Assembly (NCBI GenBank): GCA_034927185.1
Contig: JAYFQM010000032.1
Span: 15,436 to 79,435, forward strand
Direction: 5' to 3'
DNA from: Oscillospiraceae bacterium
Lineage (GTDB): Bacteria > Bacillota > Clostridia > Oscillospirales > Oscillospiraceae
DNA: 64,000 nucleotides
Part shown: positions 27,476 through 40,883 of the stretch, in pieces
How positions within the stretch are numbered: position 1 is the stretch's first letter
Layout of the letters: the number at the start of each line of letters is the position of its first letter
The notes under the pieces: generated by a model
Seen by the model: only the letters and a program-made list of their open reading frames with translations
Databases searched by the model: none
What the model was told of the DNA's origin: nothing
Translations under genes and position numbers: made by a program

Positions 27476-27952
27476 ATGAACAATCAGGAGAATTTAAAAA
27501 TGGAACCAATAACGGATACCTGTATTAATAGCCTGAGCGGGGTACAGGATACGGCGCAGGGATATCCTGTCGCCTATAGATCCGTATACCCGGAAATTTA
27601 TTATAAGCTGATGCCCTTTATTTCAATGACCTGCGATCTGATTTTTTCATATGACATGATGCCTACGCAAGAGAAGCTGGAAGAGATGTCGGACGGCATC
27701 TTCGACGATTTTTGCAAAATGTATCCTGACATGAGCGATTATATGGGAAACACGGCGGGTAAAAGCGCTGACCCGCAGGCGTCTACTGACGTATTCCGTA
27801 CCGATGAGGTGTTCAGAAGAAGGTTCGGCGGCTTTCGTGGCACCGGGTTCGGCACAGGCTTCGGCGGATTCAGACGCAGGGGCCTGGGCAGAGATCTGAT
27901 ATATGCGCTCCTGCTTTCTGAGCTTCTTGGGCGCGGAGGCTTTCTTTATTGA
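27476..27952 (+). CDS. hypothetical protein with Gly/Phe/Arg-rich C-terminal tail
   Basis: GGAGG lies 8 nt upstream of the ATG at 27476 (MNNQENL...). The C-terminus is FRRRFGGFRGTGFGTGFGGFRRRGLGRDLIYALLLSELLGRGGFLY. No family recognised. Confidence 0.6.
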   Translation: MNNQENLKMEPITDTCINSLSGVQDTAQGYPVAYRSVYPEIYYKLMPFISMTCDLIFSYDMMPTQEKLEEMSDGIFDDFCKMYPDMSDYMGNTAGKSADPQASTDVFRTDEVFRRRFGGFRGTGFGTGFGGFRRRGLGRDLIYALLLSELLGRGGFLY

Positions 27953-27971
27953 CAATGTGCCTAATAATTCC

Positions 27972-28008
27972 GGGGAGAGAGCATGAAACGCAGGCTCTCT
28001 CCCTTTAG
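27972..28008. terminator. bidirectional terminator hairpin
   Basis: GGGGAGAGAGC-loop-GCTCTCTCCC followed by TTT. Lies between convergent genes. Confidence 0.65.
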
Positions 28009-28064
28009 CATTATTGATTTGTACTCCGATTCGGATCACATCTGGGGCTCCGTGCTTTCTCAAT

Positions 28065-29672
28065 TCATGCCAGCATATTCCTAAGGAGGGAAACATCAAG
28101 TCTGGAAAATATGGCCGCGGCTTCTCCGCGTGTGATACTGTTTCCGGGTTTAAAGCTACCGTCGGGGTAACCTGTTATAATGCCTTTTTCACTGAGAGCG
28201 CTTATGGAGGTATAGGACCAGGAGTTTTTTTCTAAGGATACGTCGCTGAAAACAGGAGCCGCGTCTCCGTCGGCATATTTCAGAATATTGTTGAGCATAA
28301 CAGTAACTTCCTCACGCGTGACGGCCTTTTCCGGAGCAAAGAGGTTGCCGCCGATTCCGGAAACGACGCCATATTTTCTTGCCGTATCGATGTACTTTTC
28401 CGCCCAGCTTCCCTTGCAGTCGTCAAAGCCGTAAGCGCTGTTCACCTCCGGGGCAAGCCCGAGCATGCGGACAAGAATAGCGGCTGCCTGAGCGCGGGTC
28501 ATGGGGGCGTCGGGCGCAAAGATGTCGGCGCTCATGCCGTTCATCCACTGGTTCATGTAGGAAATCAGTATACTGTCTCTTGCCCAACTGGTCTGAATAT
28601 CGCTGAAGGTGCAGCCGTTCAGCCAAAGCCTGTAATAGTCCCAGGTCTGGCTCGATTCCTGACCGAGGCTCCAGCTTCCGGTACCTTTTATATCATACTT
28701 TGTAACAAGAGCGAGCGCCGCCTTGATAGACTGCTCGTTCGAGTACCATATTTTATATGTACCGGCTGCCAGTTCCTTTCCTGCTACTATGGGCTTTACA
28801 TCGCCGGCCTTGACGCTTATGGTGGCGCAGGCCGCCTTGCTGGTATTATCAAAAGCAACGGTTCCGCTGTAATCTCTTATCAGCACCTCAACCTTCACAG
28901 TGCTGATCCCGTATCCGCTCGGCGCACCTCCGGCGGCGGACCAGATGCGACCATAAAACGGGATGCCCAGCACTATCTTATCTTTTGACACAACACTCAG
29001 AGCGTATTTTAGAGACTTTTCAATAAAACCTATGCTGGCTACAGGACCGGGCGTGCCTCCATAATAGGACTCGTCGTAGGTCATGATCATCAGATAGTCG
29101 CAGTATTTGGCGAGCCCCGCGTAATCGTAAGACCCGGCCCAGCCTGTCGCAGAGCCGTAAGGGTTTGCGGCGACAGCGACGCCGACGGTTTTGCCGCTGC
29201 CCAGCTTTGAGCGCAAGAGCCTGACAAACTCGACGTATTTACCGCGTTCGGCGGGAGTGACGTTTTCGATATCTATATTGACACCGTCAAGATTATACGC
29301 GGACACCGCCGCTGCAAGGTCGGAGGAAAGCTTGTCGGCATTGTTAAGCGCCGCCACGCCCTTGGCCTGATCCCAGCCGTTTGCAAGGCAAGGCGTGACA
29401 AGTATCCCCTTTTTATGCATCTCCTCGACTAAGCTGCCTCCGGCATCCGGAGAGACAACAAGGTTCCCGCCGGAGTCAAGAGAGAAATAGTCGGGTGAAA
29501 CCTCGTTCAGAGAGTTTTGCGCATCATTTACGATTTCTGTGTAATAGCCGGTGCCTCCGCCTGACAGATATGACATGTTGTATTTATAGCCGGCGGCGGA
29601 CGCCGAAAGGCCTAAATTAACAGTAATCGCCAATATGACGAAAAGAAATATATGCCTTTGTACCGATTTCAT
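28065..29672 (-). CDS. secreted GH18 glycoside hydrolase (chitinase/YaaH-like) with three C-terminal SLH domains
   Basis: Signal peptide MKSVQRHIFLFVILAITVNLGLSASA. GH18 catalytic motif DGVNIDIE. Three SLH repeats (FSDIQTSWARDSI..., FDDCKGSWAEKYI..., FSDVSLEKNSWSYTSI...). Confidence 0.85.
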   Translation of the reverse strand: MKSVQRHIFLFVILAITVNLGLSASAAGYKYNMSYLSGGGTGYYTEIVNDAQNSLNEVSPDYFSLDSGGNLVVSPDAGGSLVEEMHKKGILVTPCLANGWDQAKGVAALNNADKLSSDLAAAVSAYNLDGVNIDIENVTPAERGKYVEFVRLLRSKLGSGKTVGVAVAANPYGSATGWAGSYDYAGLAKYCDYLMIMTYDESYYGGTPGPVASIGFIEKSLKYALSVVSKDKIVLGIPFYGRIWSAAGGAPSGYGISTVKVEVLIRDYSGTVAFDNTSKAACATISVKAGDVKPIVAGKELAAGTYKIWYSNEQSIKAALALVTKYDIKGTGSWSLGQESSQTWDYYRLWLNGCTFSDIQTSWARDSILISYMNQWMNGMSADIFAPDAPMTRAQAAAILVRMLGLAPEVNSAYGFDDCKGSWAEKYIDTARKYGVVSGIGGNLFAPEKAVTREEVTVMLNNILKYADGDAAPVFSDVSLEKNSWSYTSISALSEKGIITGYPDGSFKPGNSITRGEAAAIFSRLDVSLLRNMLA

Positions 29673-29970
29673 TATGTATCCTCCCGGGCAATTATAACGC
29701 CCTTATATTTTCACTCATTTGGGCGGCCGTGTCTATGCGAAAAATCTGGGTGCAGCCCCAGTATTTGCCCGTTGATTTCGGAAACAATAAATGGGATTAA
29801 TTCTTATCTTCTTTGTACTTATGTTATGATCAAGCTGCAAAAGGCGCTAACTGTAACAGCATACCTAAGTGATATAGTGAGGGGGGATTATAATGCCTGA
29901 TTCCAACTATAAAGCGCTTCCGAATTCTCAGGTTGTTATATTATGAGAACTATGCTAATATTTTCTATGA

Positions 29971-33189
<3,219 letters not shown>

Positions 33190-33234
33190 CCGGGGGCGGG
33201 ACGTATTATTGCAAAGCGTGAGGAGGCGTGTTAA

Positions 33235-34977
33235 ATGGGTATTTCCGGTGGAAGGCTCGAATATAGAACAGGTAAACGAAGGATAACTGCTGATTTCAGA
33301 GAAAGCGCCGAGACGCAGGATTTCAGCCTGAAAATATGCGAAACGTCCGTAAACGGTGGGAAACGGTTCACCGCAGTTTTGACGCCGAAAGCGGAGATTT
33401 CAATAATCAACTGCGTTCTTTTGACCGACGAAAAGCTAACCGATGACGATCCGGTCTTTCTCAACGGCTATCAGACCTGGACAGACAGCTCGGAGCTTCG
33501 GCTCGGTCAAAAAATTCCGGGTCTCAGCCCGCTTGCCAGACCTCTTATCGGCATGTACGGCGACTACTCCTTTTATAGATACGGAAAGGACAGGCTGCAA
33601 AGCTGGAGCTATACCTATATCCGCGATATGAAGGACGGCGCGATAACGCTTTACGGTTCCCTTTCCGAAAAATCTGGCTATACCATTTTTGAGTACGGCA
33701 GGAAAGAGGAAAACCTTCGTATTATCAAGGACTGCAAAGGGCTGGAGCTTTCAGGCGGCGCTCCGTACGTCCTGTTCGATCTGTTCATGATACACTCGGA
33801 GGAGGAAGCCGCGTTCGACGGCTGGTTTGCGGCCTCCAGAATCCCGAAGCCGCGCGTGGGGCCCTGCACCGGATGGACAAGCTGGTATAATTACTACACA
33901 GCCGTGACGGAAAGCGATGTGCTCGAAAACCTTCGGGCGTTCAGCTCCCGCGGGCTGCCGATCGATTATTTTCAGATTGACGACGGGTATCAGGAAGCCG
34001 TCGGAGACTGGCTTCGAGTGAACGGGAAGTTTCCAGGCGGGATGGCCTGCCTAGCAGACGAAATACATGACGCCGGCTACAGGGCTGGCCTGTGGCTGGC
34101 CCCGATAATATGTGAAAAAAAATCGGAGCTTTTCAGGAGGCACCCCGACTGGGTGATGTGCAGGGCTGGGTTTAATCCGGGCTGGAGCGGGATTTTCTAT
34201 GCCCTCGACTTCTATAACCCCGAGGTTCGTGCCTATCTTCGTGAGGTCTTCGATACGGTTCTGAACAAGTGGAATTACGACATGGTAAAGCTCGACTTTT
34301 TATATGCCGCTTCGCTTCCGAAGCGCAAGGATAAAACGCGCGGGCAGGTCATGTGCGAATTTTTTGAATTTTTGAGGGAAATCTCTGGCGGTAAGATCAT
34401 CCTCGGCTGCGGCGCACCGCTCGGTGCGGCCTTCGGGCTTTTTGACTACTGCCGTATCGGAAGCGACGTTGCCCTCAAATGGGAGGACAGCTTCCTCTCG
34501 GCCATACGTTACCGCGAGCGCGTCTCAACATTTAATGCACTGACAAGCACTGTAGGCAGGTGGCGGCTCAACGGCAAGGCGTTTTACTCAGACCCCGACG
34601 TATTCATTCTTAGGGACTGCGGAAACAGTCTGACCGAGGATGAGAAATATACCCTGTATATGATAAACAGCGTTCTCGGCGGGCTGATTTTCACCTCGGA
34701 CAACATAAACGAATATACGGACAGCCAAATGGAACTACTGAAAGCCCTGTTGTCGCCGGAAAGCAGGAAAATCATTAAGGTTGTAAAAAGCGAGGCCGTG
34801 AGTATTTACTACGAGCAGGGAGGCAGCAGCTTTTGCCTTTTCAGCAATCTAAATCATTATAAAATAAACGTTTGGGTGCCTTACGACGGAGTTATGCAAA
34901 AAGAATCGCTCGCTGTCAGTGAAAAGGATAAGATAGAACTGCGGCCGCATCAGACGGTGTGCCTGCGGAGAGAGTGA
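33235..34977 (+). CDS. alpha-galactosidase-like glycoside hydrolase (clan GH-D, GH36-type)
   Basis: YFQIDDGYQEAVGDW and VKLDFLYAA resemble the melibiase (GH36/GH27 clan) catalytic-barrel motifs. 580 aa. Sits between lacZ and galK. Confidence 0.6.
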   Translation: MGISGGRLEYRTGKRRITADFRESAETQDFSLKICETSVNGGKRFTAVLTPKAEISIINCVLLTDEKLTDDDPVFLNGYQTWTDSSELRLGQKIPGLSPLARPLIGMYGDYSFYRYGKDRLQSWSYTYIRDMKDGAITLYGSLSEKSGYTIFEYGRKEENLRIIKDCKGLELSGGAPYVLFDLFMIHSEEEAAFDGWFAASRIPKPRVGPCTGWTSWYNYYTAVTESDVLENLRAFSSRGLPIDYFQIDDGYQEAVGDWLRVNGKFPGGMACLADEIHDAGYRAGLWLAPIICEKKSELFRRHPDWVMCRAGFNPGWSGIFYALDFYNPEVRAYLREVFDTVLNKWNYDMVKLDFLYAASLPKRKDKTRGQVMCEFFEFLREISGGKIILGCGAPLGAAFGLFDYCRIGSDVALKWEDSFLSAIRYRERVSTFNALTSTVGRWRLNGKAFYSDPDVFILRDCGNSLTEDEKYTLYMINSVLGGLIFTSDNINEYTDSQMELLKALLSPESRKIIKVVKSEAVSIYYEQGGSSFCLFSNLNHYKINVWVPYDGVMQKESLAVSEKDKIELRPHQTVCLRRE

Positions 34978-34983
34978 TAAGTA

Positions 34984-36264
34984 ATGGAGCGGGATATGGA
35001 AAACAACAAAAACAGCGCTATAATCCCGCGCTCCAAGCTGTACCGGCTTTACCCCGGACAGAGCGCGGAAGAAATTGAAAAACGTCTCGAAATGGCAACC
35101 GAGGGGTTCGCGCGCGTTTATGGAAAAACGGGCGCCCGTCTTTTCAGCGCACCCGGCAGGACCGAGCTGGGCGGAAACCATACGGATCATCAACACGGGC
35201 TTGTGATCGCCGCTGCGGTCGGCCTCGACGACGTCGCAGCCGCTTTACCAAACGGCGATGGGATTATACGCATTTTCTCGGATGCTTACGGTTCCGCGTC
35301 GATCGATCCGTGCAATCTTTTGCTGCGTCCCGATGAGGCCGGTACGCCCGCTTCTCTGGTACGCGGTGTTGCCGAATACCTCTCACGACAGGGTCGCGGG
35401 CATATCGGCGGCTTTGACGCCTTGATATCCGGGCTGGTGCCCGTTGGCTCGGGGCTTTCCAGCTCCGCCGCTTTTGAAACGCTCATCGCCTGCGTGATTA
35501 ACGGACTGTTTTTTGAAGGGGAAATTCCCCCCGAAACACTTGCGCACGCCGGACAATACGCGGAAAACACGCATTTCGGAAAGCCCTGCGGCCTAATGGA
35601 CCAGATGGCGTCGGCGGTGGGCGGAATAATAGAAATTGATTTTGAAAATCCGGACGCGCCGCACCTTGAGCGCCTCTCCGTCGATTTTTCGGATTTCGGG
35701 TATGCGCTATGTATAATTGACACCGGCACTAAGCATGACGGTCTGGGTGAGGAATACGCCGCGATACCTGCAGAAATGACGAAAGTCGCAAGGCTTTTCG
35801 GCGAGGAGAGGCTCAGAAGCGTCCCTCCTGAAAGGTTTTACGCAGAGCTTCCAAAAATTCGGTCGCGGGCGAGCGACCGCGCCCTGCTTCGGGCTATGCA
35901 CTTCTTCGGCGAAAACGAGCGGGTTCCGTCAGAAACCGCTGCGCTCAAAAGCGGAGATTTCGGGCGCTTTCTGCATCTGGTAAGGGAGAGCGGAAAATCG
36001 AGCTCGATGCTGCTGCAAAACATATATCCGGGCGGCTCTGCGCACGACCAGTCCGCCGCACTGGCTCTCGCATGGTGTGAGCGTCTGCTGGATGGTTCCG
36101 GGGCCTGCAGAATTCACGGCGGCGGCTTTGGAGGTACGATTCAGGCGTTTGTACCGATTTCCACTTCTGATAGTTTTAGAGAGGGCATGGAGCGACTTAC
36201 CGGCGCTGGAAGCTGCCGCTTTCTGAAAATTCGTGACGCGGGCGCGGTTGAAATTGAAGCATAA
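34984..36264 (+). CDS. galK: galactokinase
   Basis: GRTELGGNHTDHQHG (galactokinase signature) and the GHMP motif GSGLSSSAA. Confidence 0.92.
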   Translation: MERDMENNKNSAIIPRSKLYRLYPGQSAEEIEKRLEMATEGFARVYGKTGARLFSAPGRTELGGNHTDHQHGLVIAAAVGLDDVAAALPNGDGIIRIFSDAYGSASIDPCNLLLRPDEAGTPASLVRGVAEYLSRQGRGHIGGFDALISGLVPVGSGLSSSAAFETLIACVINGLFFEGEIPPETLAHAGQYAENTHFGKPCGLMDQMASAVGGIIEIDFENPDAPHLERLSVDFSDFGYALCIIDTGTKHDGLGEEYAAIPAEMTKVARLFGEERLRSVPPERFYAELPKIRSRASDRALLRAMHFFGENERVPSETAALKSGDFGRFLHLVRESGKSSSMLLQNIYPGGSAHDQSAALALAWCERLLDGSGACRIHGGGFGGTIQAFVPISTSDSFREGMERLTGAGSCRFLKIRDAGAVEIEA

Positions 36265-36284
36265 ATGTTTATCGGAGACTGAAA

Positions 36285-37808
36285 ATGAGTGATTTGAGCG
36301 TTTCACCGGCAATTCTCGGGATAATTGAATACGCGGTCGGCAAGGGGCTGCTTGACACCGCCGACAGGAACTGGGCGCTGAACGCCATCCTCGGCGTACT
36401 GCGGCTTGACAGCCCGGGAGCCGACGCCGTTCCCGCAGCCTTGCCGCTCGATGAACTGCTCAAAGCCTTGGCGGACGATGCTGCCGCACGCGGAGTGATA
36501 CAAAATACGGCGGCAAGCCGCGACCTGCTCGACACCGCCGTCATGGGCTGCGTTACGCCCAGACCCTCGGAGCTTGCGGAGCGCTTCGCTTCACTTTACG
36601 GAAAAAGTCCGAAGGATGCGACAGACTGGTTCTACAGATTGTGCATGGACTGTAACTATATCCGGGAATACAGGCTGAAAAAAGACGTTAAGTGGTCCTA
36701 TACGAGCAAATACGGAACGATGGAGATAACCATAAACCTCGCAAAGCCCGAAAAGGACCCTCTTGACATTGCGGCTGCGCGCAGCGCAAAAAAAATAGCC
36801 TACCCCGCCTGCCAGCTCTGCCGGGAAAACGAGGGCTATGCGGGTCGGACGGATTATCCTGCACGACAGAACCTTCGCATAATACCTATTGATATTCTCG
36901 GCGAGCCCTGGGGCTTTCAATACTCGCCCTATGTTTATTACAATGAGCACTGCATCGTGCTCAACAGTGCCCATACTCCTATGGTTATCGACACGGCATG
37001 CTTCCGCAAGCTGTTTGATTTTCTGGATAAATTCCCCCACTACTTTATCGGCTCGAACGCGGACCTGCCGATTGTGGGCGGTTCGATCCTTTCGCACGAG
37101 CACTTCCAGGGCGGCCGCCACGAATTCCCGATTGAGAAGGCCAAAACAACGGAACAGATCCCCCTTCCGTGCTGTACGGGAGTGAGCTGCGGCATCCTGA
37201 ACTGGCCGATGGCGGCCATAAGACTTAACGGCGCGGACAGCGGAAAAGTTGCAAGGCTTGCGGACGCCATATTCGAGGCATGGAAAGATTACGACGACCC
37301 AGAGGCCCATATATTTTCGAAAACGGGCGGGGAGCGGCACAATACCGTTACTCCGATCGCAAGAAAACGCGGCGCTCTCTACGAAATGGATATTGTTCTT
37401 CGGAATAACCGCACCACGAAGGAGCATCCTCTAGGACTGTTCCACCCACACAGCGAGCTTCACCACATCAAGAAGGAAAACATAGGGCTGATCGAGGTAA
37501 TGGGACTTGCAATCCTCCCTCCGCACCTGAAAAACGAGCTTCAGGCGCTCGGCGAGGCAATGGCTTCGGGAGGCGATCTGAGGTCGAACGAGTTAAGCCT
37601 CCACGCCGAGTGGGCGGAAGAAATCCTCTCGCGCCGCAAGGTGACGGCGCGGAATGTAGACGATATCCTGCGCGATGAGGTCGGAGCCGTGTTTGTCAAA
37701 TGTCTGGAGCACGCCGGTGTGTTCGGACAGGATGAAAAGGGAAAGGCGGCCTTTGACCGTTTCACAAAGACGTTTTTTAGCCGGGTGTCGGAAATCAGCA
37801 TCGGATAA
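36285..37808 (+). CDS. galT: UDP-glucose--hexose-1-phosphate uridylyltransferase (type 2, Firmicutes-length)
   Basis: 507 aa. GGSILSHEHFQGG active-site His motif. Confidence 0.92.
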   Translation: MSDLSVSPAILGIIEYAVGKGLLDTADRNWALNAILGVLRLDSPGADAVPAALPLDELLKALADDAAARGVIQNTAASRDLLDTAVMGCVTPRPSELAERFASLYGKSPKDATDWFYRLCMDCNYIREYRLKKDVKWSYTSKYGTMEITINLAKPEKDPLDIAAARSAKKIAYPACQLCRENEGYAGRTDYPARQNLRIIPIDILGEPWGFQYSPYVYYNEHCIVLNSAHTPMVIDTACFRKLFDFLDKFPHYFIGSNADLPIVGGSILSHEHFQGGRHEFPIEKAKTTEQIPLPCCTGVSCGILNWPMAAIRLNGADSGKVARLADAIFEAWKDYDDPEAHIFSKTGGERHNTVTPIARKRGALYEMDIVLRNNRTTKEHPLGLFHPHSELHHIKKENIGLIEVMGLAILPPHLKNELQALGEAMASGGDLRSNELSLHAEWAEEILSRRKVTARNVDDILRDEVGAVFVKCLEHAGVFGQDEKGKAAFDRFTKTFFSRVSEISIG

Positions 37809-37833
37809 ACCTCGGGAGTTGCCCGTATTATGA

Positions 37834-37874
37834 GGCCAGTATCGGCGCCGTTTTTTGCGGCGCCGATACTGGCC
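37834..37874 (+). terminator. strong hairpin after galT (17-bp stem, no clear U-tail)
   Basis: GGCCAGTATCGGCGCCG-TTTTTTG-CGGCGCCGATACTGGCC. Confidence 0.5.
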
Positions 37875-38028
37875 TACAGTAAAAATTAATGAGAAACAGA
37901 ATGTACAATAAATAGCACAATGAGCTGTTTAAGAATTTTTAAGCTAGTAAACTGCCGAAACTGGAGAATAAATACTAAAAGCCTGTACTCATACAGTGGT
38001 TTGCAAATTATAGAGGAGAACTGATTCT

Positions 38029-39702
38029 ATGAAATCACTATTCAGCAAGATGAATGTCAGCAAAAAATTCGTTGTGACATTCATTATCGTATTCGTGGCC
38101 ACCGCCGGCAGCATGGCTATATTATTTTCACTTCTGGCAGGAGCGGACAAACTACTTGACAGTTTTTTGAACGTATCATTGTCACAGATGGAGTCGCAGT
38201 TGATTATAAGGGATGAACTGGACGTTATAAACAGGTCGCTTATTAATATGGCGAACGGAGCAAGCGCCTCGGAAGTAAAAACGGAATATGAGAAAACCAC
38301 TGAGGCTGAAGCATCCGTCGAAGCAGAAATTGCAAAGCTGTCCGGCGTTTCTGGTATTGATGCAGTACAGACCGATTACCAGACAATGAAGGAAGCAGCC
38401 GACGTAATAAAAGATCTCGCCGCACAAGGAAGCTGGGAGGCTGCTCTTTCAAGATTCGCCGGAACATATACATCCGCCTTTGAAACACTGGGCGAAACGC
38501 TTAACGGCATTGCCGCAACGCTTTCGGACGAAGCAAGTAACTCCGTTTCAAACTATAAATCCGCTAAAACAAGAGCAATACTGATTTTCTGCGCTCTTGC
38601 GGGCATTGCGCTGATTTTTACCGCCTACGTTTTGATCGTTTTACAGAGAAGTGTCGTGCAGCCTCTAAAGAAGCTCGTCGACTCCTGCCAGGACCTTCAG
38701 GAGGGCAGAAAGATTAAGCCGCTGCATATAGATTCACAGGATGAATTCGGGGAACTGGGAAAGACCTTTGAAGACATGAGCAGTACTATTTCGTTCGTTA
38801 TCTACGACACCTGCAGCATACTTGCAAACGGCGCCGAGAAAAATCTTGCCGCGCGTTCGGAGGATGAGAGCAAATACATAGGTAAATACAGCGAAATAAT
38901 CGATTCCGCCTACGCCGTTTTTTCCGATATCAGCGAGAGCATGAAAATGACGGACGGGATAGCCGAGCAGGTGTCGTCGGGATCAAACCAGATATCCTCC
39001 GTTTCACAGACTCTGGCGCAGGGCACGACGGAACAGGCATCCGCGGTTGAGGAGCTTTCGGTAACCGTATCAAATATTGCGGAGCTTAGCAAGGCGAACG
39101 CGGAGAAGGCCAACAAAGCCAGTCTGATCAGCGTAGAGTCGGCTAAGGTTGTCAATGAAAGTAATGAGTACATGACTCAGATGCTTGAGGCTATGAGCAA
39201 TATCACAGCCACATCAAAAGAAATTGGAAAAATCGTCAAGGCTATAGACGATATCGCCTTCCAGACAAATATTCTTTCCCTCAACGCCGCTGTTGAGGCT
39301 GCCCGCGCCGGCGCTTCAGGCAAGGGGTTTGCCGTCGTGGCCGACGAGGTGAGGAACCTCGCGCAGCGCTCGGCCGAAGCGGCAAAAAATACGACCTCAC
39401 TTGTTGAGAGTACCGTCGTGGCGATCGAAAACGGAACGAAAATCGCAAACGCTACGGCGCAGTCTCTGCGTGAAGTTGGAGAAAAGACCGAGTATGTAGG
39501 CGAGGCAATATCCCAGATTGTGGAGACATCCCAAAGCCAGTCAAGCGCAACCGATCAGGTGCTTCTGGGCATTAATCAGGTTTCAACGGTTGTCCAGACA
39601 AACTCAGCCACAGCCGAAGAAAGCGCGGCCGCGGCCGAGGAGCTCGCGGCCCTTGCAAAGCAGCTTTCAGAGCTTACAGGGCAGTATAAGCTCCGGCGCT
39701 GA
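38029..39702 (+). CDS. methyl-accepting chemotaxis protein (helical-bundle sensor, HAMP)
   Basis: Two TM helices flank a ~160-aa helical periplasmic domain. Highly conserved signalling tip [36 protein letters not shown]. Confidence 0.92.
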   Translation: MKSLFSKMNVSKKFVVTFIIVFVATAGSMAILFSLLAGADKLLDSFLNVSLSQMESQLIIRDELDVINRSLINMANGASASEVKTEYEKTTEAEASVEAEIAKLSGVSGIDAVQTDYQTMKEAADVIKDLAAQGSWEAALSRFAGTYTSAFETLGETLNGIAATLSDEASNSVSNYKSAKTRAILIFCALAGIALIFTAYVLIVLQRSVVQPLKKLVDSCQDLQEGRKIKPLHIDSQDEFGELGKTFEDMSSTISFVIYDTCSILANGAEKNLAARSEDESKYIGKYSEIIDSAYAVFSDISESMKMTDGIAEQVSSGSNQISSVSQTLAQGTTEQASAVEELSVTVSNIAELSKANAEKANKASLISVESAKVVNESNEYMTQMLEAMSNITATSKEIGKIVKAIDDIAFQTNILSLNAAVEAARAGASGKGFAVVADEVRNLAQRSAEAAKNTTSLVESTVVAIENGTKIANATAQSLREVGEKTEYVGEAISQIVETSQSQSSATDQVLLGINQVSTVVQTNSATAEESAAAAEELAALAKQLSELTGQYKLRR

Positions 39703-39773
39703 ACCGTGACGGCGTTTGATCAAGCCTGAAAAACGCAATCAAATGAATAACAGCTGATAATATGTGTTTATGG

Positions 39774-39820
39774 AGCAAAACGACATAGCCGTTTGGGGTT
39801 ATGCCGTTTTGCTGTTTATA
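39774..39820 (+). terminator. intrinsic terminator after the MCP gene
   Basis: AGCAAAACGACAT...ATGCCGTTTTGCT followed by GTTTAT. Confidence 0.6.
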
Positions 39821-39995
39821 GTTTTTCCGCGGTTTAGAATCCGGTAGCATGGCCTCTCAAAGGTAATTTTAACAGATAACAAATAAGGTCATGCTAAAAC
39901 ATAGACGCGCCGTATTGTTCCTTCAAACCGCATGGTCAAAGCAGATTTACGCGTCGGTAAGCAGGCCCTTGATTCAGCGCGGGAATCTGCCTAAA

Positions 39996-40670
39996 TCACA
40001 ATTTGTCATTGTCAATATCAATCGTTTCAAAAAGCTGCATCTGCATCCTGTATACATTCATGAGCATTGAATAATAAAGATCACTCAAAACCGGCTCATC
40101 TCCCGCTTCGGGCAGGGAGCTTACGGAAACCTTACCGGAGTCCTGGATCACGGGGTTGGCACTAATATCACTTCCACAGTATTCTAGAACCTTTTTTACA
40201 TAGCTTTGCGTTTCTTTAAACGGAGGAATACCGCCATATTTTTCAACGTTTCCTGGTCCTGCGTTGTAAGCCGCAAGCGCAAGCTCAGTACTGCCGCCGA
40301 ACTCCCTCAGCATCTGGGCAAGAAATTTGACGCCTCCCATGATGTTCTGTTCGGGGTCAAACGGGTCCAGCACTCCGAGAGCCTTTGCCGTTGCGGGCAT
40401 TAGCTGCATGATACCCATTGCTCCGCTGCTCGACAATGCGTTGGGGTCGAAGCTCGACTCCGTTTTTGCAACCGCCTTTAGAAGATTTACCGGAACACCG
40501 TATTTTTTTGCGGCGGCCTCAAATATGCTGTCAAGGCTGGTTTCCGATTTGCCCAACAAGCCGCTCAACAAGCTTGCAAAACCGGAATCGCTCTCAGCGC
40601 TGATTTGTTGTGCCTGATTGAATTTTTCTGTTCCGCCCGTGCCTATACCGCTTATATTCAAATTCTTCAC
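39996..40670 (-). CDS. lytic transglycosylase (SLT domain) protein
   Basis: [29 protein letters not shown] (catalytic Glu in the ES motif) and AYNAGPGNV. Confidence 0.8.
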   Translation of the reverse strand: MKNLNISGIGTGGTEKFNQAQQISAESDSGFASLLSGLLGKSETSLDSIFEAAAKKYGVPVNLLKAVAKTESSFDPNALSSSGAMGIMQLMPATAKALGVLDPFDPEQNIMGGVKFLAQMLREFGGSTELALAAYNAGPGNVEKYGGIPPFKETQSYVKKVLEYCGSDISANPVIQDSGKVSVSSLPEAGDEPVLSDLYYSMLMNVYRMQMQLFETIDIDNDKL

Positions 40671-40883
40671 CCCGATCAGGGTATAACAAGCTCAGGTACT
40701 TGTCAATGACAAGCGTCGGTTTGTTTCAAATATTAAGCCGTTATTTGTCGATTCCGTAAATTTTTGTCCGTTAGGTATATTGATTACTTATTGAGTTTGT
40801 GTAATTATTAATGATAAGAAGCTTGCTTTAATCAAAGCAGAATTAACGTGTTGAATTATCTCCGATCTTGAAGGGTGCGGACT

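Noticed and set aside
36591-37427. 278-aa minus-strand ORF.
   Set aside because: It is antisense to galT, Arg/Val-rich, and without motifs.
37900-38028. Sigma-28 (SigD/FliA) promoters (TAAA-N15-GCCGATAA type), looked for upstream of the MCP genes, flgM and the SLT gene.
   Set aside because: Only partial matches were found, for example GCCGAAAC upstream of the 38029 MCP without a correctly spaced -35. This is not good enough to call without a position weight matrix.
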